A stretch of DNA of 64,000 nt from assembly GCA_905478995.1 (NCBI GenBank), contig CAJQKT010000023.1, positions 44,961 through 108,960 on the forward strand, read 5' to 3'. Below are positions 21,422-33,336 of this stretch, in pieces; position 1 is the first letter of the stretch; each line of letters begins with the position of its first letter. Both the position numbers and the translations under genes were made by a program. The notes under the pieces were generated by a model. The model did no database searches. It had not been told where the DNA came from and saw nothing but the letters and a program-made list of their open reading frames with translations. The DNA is from an uncultured Pseudomonadales bacterium (GTDB taxonomy: Bacteria; Pseudomonadota; Gammaproteobacteria; Pseudomonadales; UBA7434).

Positions 21422-22048
21422 TTGATTACCATTGCATTGACCAAGGGTCGAATCATGCAAGAAACATTGCCGCTTTTGCAGGCGGCTGGTATTACGCCGG
21501 CTGAAGATATTGCCAGCAGTAGAAAACTCCGTTTTGCTACTAACCAAAAAGATGTGCGCCTACTTGTTTTGCGCGGCGCCGACGTCATCACTTATATCCG
21601 GCGTGGTATTGCTGATATTGGTGTGGTTGGTAAAGATATGCTGTTAGAAGATGGCGGCGACGGTTTATATGAACTGGTCGACTTGAAAATTGCCTGTTGT
21701 AAATTAATGACAGCCGGTATCGCCGGAACATCTTCAGCCGTTTCGCCCGCGCGGTTGCGCGTGGCAACCAAATACACGAATTTAGCGCGAGTTTGGTACG
21801 CTAAAAAAGGTATTCAAATAGATGTTATTAAATTATACGGCGGCATGGAGTTAGCTCCACTGATGGGTTTGGCTGACGAAATTGTTGACATTGTTGATTC
21901 AGGCAAGACGCTGCTGGCCAACGGGCTAGAGTCTCGCGAATTTATTGCAGACATCAGCTCTCGACTAGTGAGTAACAAGGCGTCGATGAAGGTTAAGCAC
22001 GCACAATTGATGCCTATCGTTGACGCATTATCGGGTGCGGTTAAGTAG
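21422..22048 (+). CDS. hisG: ATP phosphoribosyltransferase, short form HisG
   Basis: (TTG)[23 protein letters not shown] matches the HisG-S N-terminus. 208 aa, with GGAG 7 nt upstream. Confidence 0.9.
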   Translation: MITIALTKGRIMQETLPLLQAAGITPAEDIASSRKLRFATNQKDVRLLVLRGADVITYIRRGIADIGVVGKDMLLEDGGDGLYELVDLKIACCKLMTAGIAGTSSAVSPARLRVATKYTNLARVWYAKKGIQIDVIKLYGGMELAPLMGLADEIVDIVDSGKTLLANGLESREFIADISSRLVSNKASMKVKHAQLMPIVDALSGAVK

Positions 22049-22185
22049 CTTGGCGTAGTGCGTAGAATGCGTGTCTGACTTGATTGGTTTTTTTATGCCG
22101 AGCTTGAGTGCGCCGTGTTTTTTCGCCATGCGAAGGCTGGTAGAGGTAGAAATTCAAATGCTCAAACGGAAAATAGATCAGTATT

Positions 22186-23526
22186 ATGAGTAACAATTCC
22201 AATCTAAACGGCGGGCCAGCGATTAATATATTGCGCTTGGATGCCGCTGCCGATGGTTTTTACGAGCAGTTAGACACGCTGGTTGCTTGGTCAGCCGTGT
22301 CTGATATCGAACTTGAGTCATCGGTCAAGGCCATTATGCTGGATGTTCGGACGCGCGGTGACGATGCGCTGCTCGATTATACTCGGCAATTTGATGGCTT
22401 TAGCTGTAAGACCATCGAAGATCTGCGCATTAGCCAGTCGGCCATGCATGATGCACTTAACAGTATCGATAAAGATCTGCGCTTGGCGCTTGAGTTATCG
22501 ATGCAAAGAATAGAAGACTTTCACAACAGACAGCTACAGCAATCATGGCGGTACACCGATGCCACCGGGACGATGCTGGGCCAGCAAGTTACAGCGTTAG
22601 AGCGCGTTGGAATTTATGTTCCTGGTGGTAAAGCCGCTTACCCATCGAGTGTCTTAATGAATGCAGTGCCAGCTAATGTGGCCGGCGTTGAAGAAGTCAT
22701 TATGGTATCGCCAGCTCCGGCCGGTGAGTTAAATCAAACTGTTTTGGCTGCAGCCGCTCTGGCTGGGGTAGATCACTTTTTTGCGGTGGGCGGTGCTCAG
22801 GCTATTGCCGCGCTGGCTTACGGCACGCAGAGCGTTCCTCGCGTTGACAAAATTGTGGGCCCTGGTAATCGCTATGTGGCAACTGCTAAAAAAATAGTTT
22901 TTGGTGAGGTTGGCCTTGATATGGTTGCCGGGCCGTCCGAAATCCTCATTGTCTGTGATGGAAAAACCAACCCTGACTGGATTGCGATGGACATGTTTTC
23001 GCAAGCGGAGCACGATGAGCATGCGCAAGCGATTCTTATTTCAACCGAGGCAGGTTTTTTTGCCAAAGTAAGCGCCAGTATTGAAAAACTGTTAGGCGGC
23101 ATGGAGCGCAGTGAGATTATTGCAGCTTCATTGAATAATCGTGCAGCGTTCATTCAGGTTGCCGATTTGAACGAAGCGTTCCAGGTGGTCAATCGCATCG
23201 CTCCTGAGCATCTTGAATTATCGATCGATGATCCAGAGCAATGGTTGAGCTCGGTTCGCCACGCCGGAGCCATATTTTTAGGTCGCCATACGCCAGAGGC
23301 ATTTGGTGATTACTGCGCTGGGCCAAATCATGTGTTGCCAACGTCCACGACGGCACGCTTTGCTTCTCCGCTGGGGGTTTATGATTTTCAGAAGCGCAGT
23401 TCTATTATTCAATGCGACCCGAAATCAGCGTCACAGTTGAGCCCCATCGCCTCGACGCTAGCGCGCAGCGAATCGTTAACCGCGCACGCGCGCTCGGCTG
23501 AAATGCGCAGCGGTGATGATGGTTAG
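22186..23526 (+). CDS. hisD: Histidinol dehydrogenase HisD
   Basis: 446 aa with typical HisD blocks ([42 protein letters not shown]). Confidence 0.95.
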   Translation: MSNNSNLNGGPAINILRLDAAADGFYEQLDTLVAWSAVSDIELESSVKAIMLDVRTRGDDALLDYTRQFDGFSCKTIEDLRISQSAMHDALNSIDKDLRLALELSMQRIEDFHNRQLQQSWRYTDATGTMLGQQVTALERVGIYVPGGKAAYPSSVLMNAVPANVAGVEEVIMVSPAPAGELNQTVLAAAALAGVDHFFAVGGAQAIAALAYGTQSVPRVDKIVGPGNRYVATAKKIVFGEVGLDMVAGPSEILIVCDGKTNPDWIAMDMFSQAEHDEHAQAILISTEAGFFAKVSASIEKLLGGMERSEIIAASLNNRAAFIQVADLNEAFQVVNRIAPEHLELSIDDPEQWLSSVRHAGAIFLGRHTPEAFGDYCAGPNHVLPTSTTARFASPLGVYDFQKRSSIIQCDPKSASQLSPIASTLARSESLTAHARSAEMRSGDDG

Positions 23527-23620
23527 TTGAGCTGACACTAGTTTAGCGCTGACGGTGTAGTTATTTTTTTACGTGGCTAAGTTTCAGTCTGGTGAATTTA
23601 TTTTTTGAGAGAATGTATCA

Positions 23621-24709
23621 ATGAGCAGCTTGTGGAGTCCATTTGTCAATTCGCTGAAGCCTTATGTGCCAGGCCAGCAGAGTGCTACGAGCGGCATTAT
23701 TAAACTCAACACCAATGAAAACCCTTATCCACCCTCGCCGCGAGTTCAGGACACCTTGCGCCAGTTAGACGCCGATTTTTTACGTTTGTATCCTGACCCT
23801 GAGTCTACGGAATTGAGTGCCTGCATTGCCAGCTACCACAACGTTGAGGCGGGGCAGGTGTTTGTTGGTAATGGTTCTGATGAGGTTTTAGCGCATGCGT
23901 TCAATGCGTTTTTTCGGCAAGACAAGCCGTTATGCTTTCCTGATATCACCTACAGCTTTTATCCAGTCTATTGTCGCCTATACAATATTGATTTTAAAAT
24001 GATACCGCTTGATGATAATTTCGTTATCGACTGGACGCGCTATCCTGAAGAAGCGGGCGGTATTATATTTGCCAACCCCAACGCGCCTACCGGTATTTTT
24101 CAGTCTGCTGACGACATTGAAAGGGTGCTACAAGCGCACCCCAATACTGTGGTCGTCGTTGATGAGGCTTATATCGATTTTGTAAAGCCCGATGCTACTG
24201 GCAGCGATCTTTCGGCGATACCGTTGTTGGCGCATTATCCGAATTTAGTAGTGACGCGCACTGTGTCTAAATCGCGCAGCCTAGCCGGCTTGCGAATTGG
24301 TTATGCGTTAGCGTCAGTTGAACTTATCGATGGTTTGAAGCGCGTTAAGAATAGTTTTAACTCGTATCCGGTAGATGCGGTGGCCAGCGCAGTGACGCAG
24401 GCTAGTTTTGCTGACGAAGACTACTTTCAGTCTACGTGCCAGCGCGTGGTCGACAATCGTGAGCAGTTGGTCGCAGCGCTTGCGAGTCTTGGCTTTGCGT
24501 CGCTTGATTCGTCGGCCAACTTTATTATGGCGCGTCACGCCACACGGCCATCGGCCGAAATATATGCAGCGCTGAAAGCAAGCAATGTGTGGGTGCGTTA
24601 TTTCAATGCACCCAGGCTAAAGGATTTTATTCGGATTTCGATTGGCTCGGCCGATGAAAACGCTGAGCTATTGAGCTCACTTAAACGTATCTTAGCGGTC
24701 GATAATTGA
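23621..24709 (+). CDS. hisC: Histidinol-phosphate aminotransferase HisC
   Basis: Class-II aminotransferase (LNTNENPYPPSP; TVSKSRSLAGLRIGY containing the PLP lysine) directly after hisD. Confidence 0.85.
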   Translation: MSSLWSPFVNSLKPYVPGQQSATSGIIKLNTNENPYPPSPRVQDTLRQLDADFLRLYPDPESTELSACIASYHNVEAGQVFVGNGSDEVLAHAFNAFFRQDKPLCFPDITYSFYPVYCRLYNIDFKMIPLDDNFVIDWTRYPEEAGGIIFANPNAPTGIFQSADDIERVLQAHPNTVVVVDEAYIDFVKPDATGSDLSAIPLLAHYPNLVVTRTVSKSRSLAGLRIGYALASVELIDGLKRVKNSFNSYPVDAVASAVTQASFADEDYFQSTCQRVVDNREQLVAALASLGFASLDSSANFIMARHATRPSAEIYAALKASNVWVRYFNAPRLKDFIRISIGSADENAELLSSLKRILAVDN

Positions 24710-24777
24710 GAGCCACTCCGTAGCGTAGTTGCCGCTTTGGCGACTTCATTATTTTTGTGACTAGTCGGCACCGCATA

Positions 24778-25896
24778 TTAAGCGAGCACTGAGCAGTTGC
24801 GGCCCGTAGTCTTTGCGCGATACAGGGCTTTGTCTGCTCGTAAAATGAGTGAGCCGGGGGTTTCCTCTTTATTTAGCACAGCACTGCCAAGGCTTATGGT
24901 AAAGCTATGCGACTTATTCTCGCCAAATCCCAATGACTCAACGCGTTTGCGCAGACGTTCAGCCACTGCTTCAGCACCGTTGCTATCAGTATTACCCAGC
25001 AAGATTAAAAACTCGTCGCCACCAAACCGAAAAGCAATATCTGAATCGCGCGCAATCGCTCGGATAGCGTCGGCCAAGGCAATTATGACTTGATCGCCCG
25101 AGTTGTGGCCATATTGATCGTTAATGTTTTTAAACTGGTCGATATCTATCATCAAGACTGAGAGGGGCTGTTGGTAGCGTCGCGCACTAGCGACCATATT
25201 GGGCAGGGTTTTACCTAGGGCATCGCGGTTACCTAAATTGGTGAGGTAGTCGGCCTCAGCAGAGGCTAGCGTTTGCTGAAAGAGCACGGCGTTGTGCAGA
25301 GGATAAATAAGCGTGCTGATCGCCGCCTCGAGTACCTCAATATTTAATCCATCGATGCGGTTGCGCGAGTAGCACGTCAGTGTGCCCACCTCATGATCTT
25401 TTGTGTTTAGCTGATAGCAAAATGTGTGAATTGCATGTGCACCGACGCAGGTGGGTTTGCCAGCTGTGGGAATTTGTACCACCGTATCGATGATTGACGA
25501 TGTTGGCCGCGCTTTTTCTACAGCAAATTCGACGCCCGCAATTCCAATGAGGTGCTCAAGTCGGCTAAAAAATATTTGCAGCAGGTTATCGACTTTAAGG
25601 CTCGTTTGAAGCTCGGTACACAAATAGAGGCGCAACTCGTTAATAAATTGAGTTTGTTCGGAGGGGAGTTTGCTGCGCGCATGATTGGCAGTCACTACCC
25701 CGCGATTGGACTGCTCGGTTTTTGTAGCGTCGCGCTTGCTGTGTACTAGTCGGCTGGTAGGCGTATTGGCTTCTTGCTTAATTTCGCTTGATTTTTCCAT
25801 GCTGCGCCCGATCAGTAGTGGTGTTTTGGTGGCTGGGTTTTGCTTGTCATGGGGCTTCCTATTTTCCGGATGTTTGATGACCGCTATTGCCAGCAA
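24778..25896 (-). CDS. Diguanylate cyclase (GGDEF) with GAF-like N-terminal sensor region; start uncertain (TTG 25896 or ATG 25800)
   Basis: GGDEF motif RFGGDEFLILL. An RxxD I-site (RDSD) lies five residues upstream of GGDEF. The preceding ~170 aa look GAF-like. Confidence 0.85.
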   Translation of the reverse strand: MLAIAVIKHPENRKPHDKQNPATKTPLLIGRSMEKSSEIKQEANTPTSRLVHSKRDATKTEQSNRGVVTANHARSKLPSEQTQFINELRLYLCTELQTSLKVDNLLQIFFSRLEHLIGIAGVEFAVEKARPTSSIIDTVVQIPTAGKPTCVGAHAIHTFCYQLNTKDHEVGTLTCYSRNRIDGLNIEVLEAAISTLIYPLHNAVLFQQTLASAEADYLTNLGNRDALGKTLPNMVASARRYQQPLSVLMIDIDQFKNINDQYGHNSGDQVIIALADAIRAIARDSDIAFRFGGDEFLILLGNTDSNGAEAVAERLRKRVESLGFGENKSHSFTISLGSAVLNKEETPGSLILRADKALYRAKTTGRNCSVLA

Positions 25897-26217
25897 GAAA
25901 AAAGTTCAGACCGGGGATTCGGTTGCGGTAATGCGTTGGTAAACCGTACCCGGAGGGATAATCGCCCGATCTTATTTTAGTAGGAGCGAAAATTGTGCCA
26001 GTTTATTGAATAAGGTCTTATCTAATTGATATTTATATATTTTTTATTTTTATTTTTGCTGGTTTTTACCGTGTTTGGCATTTTTTTTTAGCTGGGCAGT
26101 GCTTGAGTCAAAAATATGACACGGGTGTGGCGTTGACACCATCGGCATGAATGGATCTGGGGGCCTAGTTAAGCTTTTTTGTGGCGGGGCCGTTAGCTGG
26201 ATTGTTTAGAGGATTGT

Positions 26218-26982
26218 TTAGCGGGTTCTTGCGTCGAGTTGCTGCCCATTAATGTGGATGCTTTCATCACCCATTAAAAAGAGGTAGGCACCCATTATCG
26301 CCTCAGGTTGTGGCGTGCTGCTGGGGCTTTCGGCGGGGTAGGCTTGTCGGCGCATAGCTGTGCTGGTGCCGCAGGGGTTGAGTGAATTGACGCGAATGGA
26401 AGACGTGCTCTCCAGTTCATCGGCCCAGATTTGCATGAGCCCTTCAATGCCAAATTTTGCAACGGCATAGGCTCCCCAGTAGGCGCGACCTTGGCGCCCG
26501 ACGCTGCTCGAAGTGAAGATGATCGATGCGTTCTCGGCAGCTTTGAGTGAGGGCATTAATGCTTTTGTGAGCAGGAAGTTACTCAATAGATTGACGTTGA
26601 GTACATCAGCAAAAGTTTTGCCGTCATACTGCTCCAGAGGCTTGAGTTCGCCTAAAATTCCAGCATTGTGTAGTACGCCGTGTAGGCCGCCTAAGTTATT
26701 TTGAAGTTGCAGTGCAATGTCTTCATAGGCCGACTCGTCAGTGGTGGCTAGATCAAACGGGACGATGGCCGGTTGCGGATCGCCATTGGCCTCAATGGCA
26801 TCGTAAACTTCACTAAGGTGACTCTCAGTTTTGCCCAGTAGGATAACGGTAGCACCATGCTGCGCAAAGCTCAGTGCGGCGGCTCTGCCGATGCCCGCGC
26901 CTGCGCCAGTCACTAAAATGTTTTTTCCTTTAAGGAGGTCTGGGGTTGCTTGGTATGTAGAAAGATCGTCGGGTTGCGGCAT
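26218..26982 (-). CDS. SDR-family oxidoreductase (YciK-like)
   Basis: Rossmann motif TGAGAGIG and catalytic YAVAK. It follows the HAD phosphatase, as in the Pseudomonas ubiG-mupP-yciK arrangement (from memory). Confidence 0.8.
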   Translation of the reverse strand: MPQPDDLSTYQATPDLLKGKNILVTGAGAGIGRAAALSFAQHGATVILLGKTESHLSEVYDAIEANGDPQPAIVPFDLATTDESAYEDIALQLQNNLGGLHGVLHNAGILGELKPLEQYDGKTFADVLNVNLLSNFLLTKALMPSLKAAENASIIFTSSSVGRQGRAYWGAYAVAKFGIEGLMQIWADELESTSSIRVNSLNPCGTSTAMRRQAYPAESPSSTPQPEAIMGAYLFLMGDESIHINGQQLDARTR

Positions 26983-27083
26983 GTCAGTGGCTCAAAGAGA
27001 TTCGGTGATGCAATAGAAAGGCTCAAAGTTAGAAAGGATAAACAATTCAAGTAGTGTTTACCAATGCTGGCGCGAAGCTGGAC

Positions 27084-27761
27084 TTATTTAATGAGGTGCA
27101 AAATTCTTTCACACAACTCGCCGGGAGTTTGTACCACGTAATCAGCAAGCCATAAGTTGGCGTCATCATCGGGAGCAAGATAGCCATAGCTCACTGCTAT
27201 TGTACTCATGCTAGCAGCGTTGCCGGCTTCTATATCGCGCAGATGGTCACCAACATAAATGCAGCGAGATGCCTCAATGCCGAGCTCTTTGGCAGCCAGT
27301 ACAAGCCCCTCTGGGGCGGGTTTGGGTTGTTTGACATGGTCGGGGCAAATTAACGTGGCGCAGTGTTCTCTTATGCCTAACGTTTCCATCAAGCTGTGTG
27401 CAAAGAACACCGGTTTGTTAGTGACCACGCCCCATGCAATACCGCGTTCTTCGAGCGTCTGTAAAAGATTTAATAGTCCGTCGTACGGTGCGGATGCAGC
27501 GCCTAGGTGTTGCTGATAACTATCAAGCAATGCCTGTCGATAGTTATCAAAGTCGGCGTGATGCTCGTCGGCGTCAAAGGCAAGCTTGGCTACGGCTATG
27601 GCACCATTGGTGACTTGCGCGGCAATGATTGCTGCGGGCAGGGGCGCCTTGCCTAGCTGTTGGCGTAGCTTATTGGCGGCCAGCACAAAGTCTGGCGCGG
27701 TGTCGACTAGGGTTCCATCGAGATCAAAAAGAACAGCTTGCATAAAGGCCTTGCTTTCCAT
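27084..27761 (-). CDS. HAD-family phosphatase (phosphoglycolate phosphatase / MupP-like)
   Basis: HAD motif I FDLDGTLVDT and motif IV YVGDHLRDIEAG, downstream of ubiG. The exact substrate cannot be read from the sequence. Confidence 0.7.
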   Translation of the reverse strand: MESKAFMQAVLFDLDGTLVDTAPDFVLAANKLRQQLGKAPLPAAIIAAQVTNGAIAVAKLAFDADEHHADFDNYRQALLDSYQQHLGAASAPYDGLLNLLQTLEERGIAWGVVTNKPVFFAHSLMETLGIREHCATLICPDHVKQPKPAPEGLVLAAKELGIEASRCIYVGDHLRDIEAGNAASMSTIAVSYGYLAPDDDANLWLADYVVQTPGELCERILHLIK

Positions 27762-27811
27762 AGGTGGTTGTTGAGTGCCGCGTGTGCGCTTGAACTGAAT
27801 GCTGGTGGCGT

Positions 27812-28570
27812 TTAATCGTTGGTTTTAACGGCGTGCAGCAAGTAGTTTACGCTCAGATCGTGAGGATCCAGGCGGTATCGTTTGGTGAGCGGATTGTAAG
27901 CCATGCCAGTGCTATGGCTAAGGTCCAGGTTGCATTGTCTCATCCAGCGATGCAATTCCGAGGGTTTTAAAAATTTAGCATACTCATGGGTGCCTTTTGG
28001 CAGCAACTGTAATGCGTATTCGGCGCCGATGATGGCAAACAAATAAGCTTTTGGGTTTCGATTGATGGTGGCAAAGTAGAGGTGCCCGCCGGGTTTGCAA
28101 AGTTTTGCGCAGGCTGCAATGACGCTGCCAGGTTCGGGTACGTGCTCAAGCATCTCTAGACAGGTAACAATGTCGTATTGGCCGGGGCGAGCTTTGGCAA
28201 TGGCCTCGGCAGTATCTTGTTTATATTCCACAGTAACGCCATTATCTGAGGCATGCTGGCGCGCAATATTGAGCGGCAGTTCACCCATGTCAATGCCTGT
28301 GACCTCCGCGCCCATTGAGGCTAAGGCTTCGCTCAAAATGCCGCCGCCACAACCAATATCGATGACCGATTGGCCGGCGACTGGCGAATGTTGGTTGATG
28401 AAGTTGACGCGCAACGGGTTGATTTCATGCAGTGGTTTAAATTCACTTTCGGTGTCCCACCATCGTGCAGCTAAGGCTTCAAATTTGGCTATTTCATCGA
28501 GGTCTACATTAGCGGTTTGCGCTTCGGTATCGTGCTCAATTGTTTTTTGTTCGCTAGTATTTTTTGTCAT
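27812..28570 (-). CDS. ubiG: Ubiquinone biosynthesis O-methyltransferase UbiG
   Basis: SAM-binding motif VIDIGCGGGILSE and the UbiG-like N-terminal block FEALAARWWD. Confidence 0.9.
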   Translation of the reverse strand: MTKNTSEQKTIEHDTEAQTANVDLDEIAKFEALAARWWDTESEFKPLHEINPLRVNFINQHSPVAGQSVIDIGCGGGILSEALASMGAEVTGIDMGELPLNIARQHASDNGVTVEYKQDTAEAIAKARPGQYDIVTCLEMLEHVPEPGSVIAACAKLCKPGGHLYFATINRNPKAYLFAIIGAEYALQLLPKGTHEYAKFLKPSELHRWMRQCNLDLSHSTGMAYNPLTKRYRLDPHDLSVNYLLHAVKTND

Positions 28571-28632
28571 GGTTGATACGTTAACTATGGTGATGGTTTT
28601 GGGGTTAAATGGCGGTTTGTGATGCGGCTTGG

Positions 28633-30033
28633 TTAGCGTTTAGCTAATTTGTCGCGCCATGCTTTTGTGTTTGCAAGTAGCTCGGCGAGATCTATGTTCA
28701 ACAGCTCTCTGGATCGAACGACGGCCTCGCCGTCAATCCATACATGATTCACGGCGCTGCCAGCTTGCGTGTAAATCAGCTGCGATATTGGATTGTGCAC
28801 AGGCTGCATGCCAGGCTGGCGTGTATCAATGGCTATGATGTCGGCTTGCTTGCCTATGCTGAGGCTGCCAATTTGCTCACCCAGACCGAGTGCGTTGGCG
28901 CCGCCTTGGGTCGCTAGATGCAGGCTCTGCGTGGCGTTGAGTGCGGTGGCATCGCTGCTGTGGAGCTTGGCCTGCAGTGCCGCTAGTCTCGCGCTGTCGA
29001 ATAGGTCGAGTGTGTTGTTACTGGCGGCACCATCGGTGCCTAGACCCACATGTAGCCCAGCAGCCAATAACTGTTTTATCGCGCTATAGCCGCTGGCGAG
29101 TTTGGCATTAGAGGCGGGGCAGTGGACAGCGCTGGTATTCGATTGCGCCAGTAGTTCGATATCGCGCTCGTTAAATTGTGTTAGATGCACAGCTTGTGTG
29201 CGCGGGCCTAGTACACCGAGGCGATGCAGGCGCTCGATGGGGCTGGCGCCATGGTCGCGGACAGAGTCGGCCACCTCGGCTGCGCTTTCTTGCAGATGGA
29301 TCTGGATGTGAGTGTCGATTTCTTCGGCGAGCACGGCTACGCGTTCAAAGCTGGCATCACTGACGGTGTAGGGTGCGTGCGGTCCAAAGCCTACGCTGAC
29401 CAGTTTGCTGTGGCGGTAGTTGTCAAAAAGATCGAGGCCTTTGGCGAAATATTCCTCCGTGTCGCTGGCCCAATTGGAGGAAAATTCAATAATCGGAAAG
29501 TTGATTTGTGCGCGAACGCCATGCGATTCGGCAACTTCGGCGCTGGCCTCAGGAAAAAAATACATATCTGAGAAGGTTGTGGTGCCTGCAAGCAGCATTT
29601 CCGCAACGGCCAAGGTCGTGCCGTCGCGCACAAATGACTCATTCAGCCATTGGCTCTCAGCTGGCCAGATGTGCTGCTCAAGCCAAGGCATCAAGGCGTA
29701 GTCATCGGCAAACCCGCGCAGCAAACTCATCGCGGCATGGCCGTGGCAGTTGACCAGGCCTGGGAGCATGATGTGGTCGGCAAAAAACTCGACATCGATA
29801 TCTGGGTCGGCTTGCTGGGCTTGTGCAACCAGTTCGGTATAGGGAGCAATCTGGGCAATCTTCCCATCGACAATGAGCAGGCCATGGTCGCGATGAATCG
29901 TTGCTGTTTCGGCGCGTAATAGCGAGCCGTGAGTGTCGCCATCTATGGGTATTACCCAGCTAGCGCCAATGATGCGGTTGTTTTTTGCTTCGGTGGATGA
30001 TGTCAAAGTTATTCTGCCTGAGTGGGCGTGCAA
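28633..30033 (-). CDS. mtaD: TRZ/ATZ-family amidohydrolase, probably 5-methylthioadenosine/S-adenosylhomocysteine deaminase
   Basis: Metal-binding motif NCHGHAAMS and downstream H/D ligands typical of the amidohydrolase fold. It is adjacent to ubiG, as the Pseudomonas MtaD homologue is (from memory). Confidence 0.7.
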   Translation of the reverse strand: MHAHSGRITLTSSTEAKNNRIIGASWVIPIDGDTHGSLLRAETATIHRDHGLLIVDGKIAQIAPYTELVAQAQQADPDIDVEFFADHIMLPGLVNCHGHAAMSLLRGFADDYALMPWLEQHIWPAESQWLNESFVRDGTTLAVAEMLLAGTTTFSDMYFFPEASAEVAESHGVRAQINFPIIEFSSNWASDTEEYFAKGLDLFDNYRHSKLVSVGFGPHAPYTVSDASFERVAVLAEEIDTHIQIHLQESAAEVADSVRDHGASPIERLHRLGVLGPRTQAVHLTQFNERDIELLAQSNTSAVHCPASNAKLASGYSAIKQLLAAGLHVGLGTDGAASNNTLDLFDSARLAALQAKLHSSDATALNATQSLHLATQGGANALGLGEQIGSLSIGKQADIIAIDTRQPGMQPVHNPISQLIYTQAGSAVNHVWIDGEAVVRSRELLNIDLAELLANTKAWRDKLAKR

Positions 30034-30677
30034 TATTTAGCCGTCGTTGCGTGGCTGGCCGTTTCGGGCGAGGATTATACGCCATGCTGCCACTGAGATG
30101 CTCGCCCTAGCAGCGAGCAAAGTGGGTGAATAGGAGCCGCTGTTGTCTTAGCTGTTTTGCCCGCTGAATGTCTTTTCTGCGCGATGATAAAGTGCATACG
30201 CTGGGTGGGGCAGTTAGGCTCTTGGGCTGTGTATTGATTCAGTCGGTTGGAGCGCCGCAATGCGGGGCTTAAAGGGTTCTGAAATCGGGCTGAAATTTAG
30301 TGCCAAAGTACCCTGTTTGGCATTTTCATAGCGGCCTTTTTATGGGGTCTTTATGGTATCATTCTGGGCGCTGCTAAGGCCCGTTTTTGAGGCTCCGCGC
30401 TGGGTTCGATGTGCTATTTATCTCGGTGCCTTTTGCGGTCACCTGTGGCTCCAGCGAACTGCAAATTTAAGCCTTTTGTGATCGATTGTTAAGAGGCTGG
30501 GGCGTTGAGTTATATCAGTGGGCAGCGGTATTGAAGTCGAGGTTTAGTGGGTGGTCGCCAGTCAGGCTGTCGCTGAGTTCTCGCTAGGCTAGTTGTTAGT
30601 ATTCGAGTTGCTCCAATAACAAAATGAAGTGCCGTGCTGTTAAGCGGATCCGTGTATTTTATGACCGAGGATAAAAC

Positions 30678-33257
30678 ATGGCTGAGATAGCCAAAGAGAT
30701 TTTACCGATCAATATTGAGGAAGAGCTTAAAAAGTCTTACCTCGATTACGCTATGAGCGTAATAGTGGGGCGTGCACTGCCCGACGTTCGCGACGGTTTG
30801 AAGCCAGTACATCGACGTGTTTTGCATGCGATGAACGAGTTGGGTAACGACTGGAATAAAGCTTATAAGAAGTCTGCGCGCGTTGTGGGCGATGTGATTG
30901 GTAAGTATCACCCGCATGGTGATTCAGCAGTCTATGACACGATCGTTCGTATGGCGCAGCCTTTCTCGCTGCGTTATATGTTGGTTGATGGTCAGGGTAA
31001 CTTCGGTTCAATTGACGGTGATTCTCCGGCAGCTATGCGTTATACAGAAATTCGCATGTCAAAGATCGCCCACGAATTGTTATCTGATCTAGACAAAGAA
31101 ACCGTTGACTATGTGCCCAACTATGACGGCACTGAGTTTATTCCCGAAGTTATGCCTACACGAGTGCCCAACTTATTAGTTAATGGCTCTTCGGGTATCG
31201 CGGTGGGCATGGCAACTAATATGCCTCCTCATAATCTCAACGAGACCGTCAGGGCAACCCTCGCTCTGATTGAAAATCCCGAGTTGACGGTTGATGAATT
31301 GATGGAGTTTTTGCCGGGGCCTGATTTTCCTACGGCGGGCATTATTAATGGCCGTGCGGGTATTGTGCAGGGCTATCGCACCGGCCGTGGCAGGATTTAT
31401 GTCCGCGCGCGAGCGGTGGTTGAAATTGATGAGAAAACCAAGCGCGAGACGATTATTGTTAGCGAGTTACCTTACCAGGTCAATAAGGCTCGCTTGATAG
31501 AAAAAATTGCCGAACTTGTCAAAGAGAAGAAAATCGAAGGTATATCTGAGCTGCGTGATGAGTCAGATAAAGATGGCTTGCGCGTCGTCATTGAGATGCG
31601 TCGTGGCGAGTTAGGTGAGGTGGTGCTAAACAATCTTTATGCTCAAACTCAGCTGGAAACGGTTTTCGGTATCAATATGGTGGCGTTGGTCGATGGTCAG
31701 CCAAAACTGCTTAATTTAAAAAAATTAATAGAGTGCTTTATTCAGCATCGCCGCGAAGTCGTTACGCGGCGCACGGTGTATTTGCTGCGCAAGGCTCGTG
31801 AGCGCGGACATATTCTGGAAGGCTGGGCCATTGCATTAGCTAACATCGATCCTGTTATCGCGCTTATTAAAGCATCGCCGACCTCCGCAGAGGCGCGCGA
31901 AAAATTAATCAATGCGTCGTGGGAATTGGGCAGTGTAGCTGAAATGTTAGAAAGAGCTGGCGCCACTGCAAGTCGCCCTGACGAGCTTTCTGATCAATAC
32001 GGCGTGGTTGATGGCCGGTATCATTTGTCGCCTACCCAAGCGCAGGCTATTTTAGAATTGCGACTCCATCGCCTCACGGGTATGGAGCACGGTAAGCTGC
32101 TCGAAGAGTACCGTGAGCGGCTAGAGCAGATTGGAGAGTATCTTGAAATACTGGGAGACTCTTCTCGGTTAATGCAAATTATTCGCGAAGAATTGCACGA
32201 CCTGGTCACTAATTTTGGCGATGAGCGCCGCACCGAGATAACCGCTAGCAAGCGCGATCTGACGGTTGAAGACCTCATTCCTGAAGAAGATCGAGTAGTG
32301 ACGATATCGCATGGTGGTTATGCTAAGTCACAGCCACTCGATGATTATCGAGCGCAGCGTCGCGGTGGTACGGGCCGCTCTGCAACGGCGGTAAAAGATG
32401 AAGATTTTGTTGAGCATTTGTTAATTGCTAATACGCACGACACTATTTTGCTGTTTTCTAATGTGGGTAAAGTTTATTGGATGAAAGTCTTCCATATACC
32501 CATTGCTGGTCGCGGTTCGCGTGGTCGCCCAGTCGTTAATATGCTGCCACTCGATCAGGGTGAGCGCATTACGTCGATTTTACCGGTGGCTGAATACCTC
32601 GAAGACCATTATATTTTTATGGCAACAGCAAGTGGCATTGTTAAAAAGACTGCGTTGACTGACTTTTCTCGTCAGCGCAGCGTAGGTTTGCGCGCAATTG
32701 AGTTAGATGAAGACGATGTCTTGATTGGTACGGCAATCACCGATGGCGCCTCTGATGTGTTGTTGGTCAGTAGTGAAGGAAAGACTGTTCGATTTAAAGA
32801 AACGGCAGTTCGCGCTATGGGTCGAACTGCGCGCGGTGTGCGTGGCATCAAGATGGGCGAGGATCAGCATCTAATAGCGCTGATGATTCCTCGTGTCGAC
32901 GGGCGAGTGCTAACCGTGAGTGAACATGGCTACGGTAAACGTACCCATGTTGATGAATTTCCGGTTAAGGGTCGCGGTACGCAAGGTGTTATTGGTATGC
33001 AGACGTCGGAGCGTAATGGCAGGTTGGTAGGTGCTATACAGGTTGATGCGGGCAATGAAATGATGCTTATCAGCGATCAGGGTACCTTAGTACGCTGTCG
33101 TACCGATGAGGTTTCAGAGTTGGGTCGCAATACGCAGGGTGTGAGAGTTATCCGTCTTAAAGAGGGTGAGTCACTTGTGAGCGTGGCGCGTATAGAAGAC
33201 ACCGACAATGAAGATGCCGATGAGCCGGCTGCCGAAGAGGGCGGTTCGGAATCATAG
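30678..33257 (+). CDS. gyrA: DNA gyrase subunit A
   Basis: 859 aa. QRDR region [17 protein letters not shown], active-site AAMRYTEIR, and an acidic C-terminal tail. Confidence 0.97.
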   Translation: MAEIAKEILPINIEEELKKSYLDYAMSVIVGRALPDVRDGLKPVHRRVLHAMNELGNDWNKAYKKSARVVGDVIGKYHPHGDSAVYDTIVRMAQPFSLRYMLVDGQGNFGSIDGDSPAAMRYTEIRMSKIAHELLSDLDKETVDYVPNYDGTEFIPEVMPTRVPNLLVNGSSGIAVGMATNMPPHNLNETVRATLALIENPELTVDELMEFLPGPDFPTAGIINGRAGIVQGYRTGRGRIYVRARAVVEIDEKTKRETIIVSELPYQVNKARLIEKIAELVKEKKIEGISELRDESDKDGLRVVIEMRRGELGEVVLNNLYAQTQLETVFGINMVALVDGQPKLLNLKKLIECFIQHRREVVTRRTVYLLRKARERGHILEGWAIALANIDPVIALIKASPTSAEAREKLINASWELGSVAEMLERAGATASRPDELSDQYGVVDGRYHLSPTQAQAILELRLHRLTGMEHGKLLEEYRERLEQIGEYLEILGDSSRLMQIIREELHDLVTNFGDERRTEITASKRDLTVEDLIPEEDRVVTISHGGYAKSQPLDDYRAQRRGGTGRSATAVKDEDFVEHLLIANTHDTILLFSNVGKVYWMKVFHIPIAGRGSRGRPVVNMLPLDQGERITSILPVAEYLEDHYIFMATASGIVKKTALTDFSRQRSVGLRAIELDEDDVLIGTAITDGASDVLLVSSEGKTVRFKETAVRAMGRTARGVRGIKMGEDQHLIALMIPRVDGRVLTVSEHGYGKRTHVDEFPVKGRGTQGVIGMQTSERNGRLVGAIQVDAGNEMMLISDQGTLVRCRTDEVSELGRNTQGVRVIRLKEGESLVSVARIEDTDNEDADEPAAEEGGSES

Positions 33258-33336
33258 GTCGACTTGTAGGGCTTATAGGGTTTTCGGTCGATTGGATGAC
33301 CAAAATAGTGTTCCATTTTTTAAGAGTTGATGTTGT

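Noticed and set aside
28793-29942. Cluster of eight overlapping ORFs of 61-115 aa in other frames and on both strands inside mtaD, plus similar shadow ORFs inside yhdP, mgtE, rpoN, kdsD, gyrA and aroA
   Set aside because: These are typical stop-poor frames in GC-rich coding sequence. The translations are Arg/Ala/Ser/Cys-rich and non-protein-like, and each lies wholly inside a gene with strong homology-based support.
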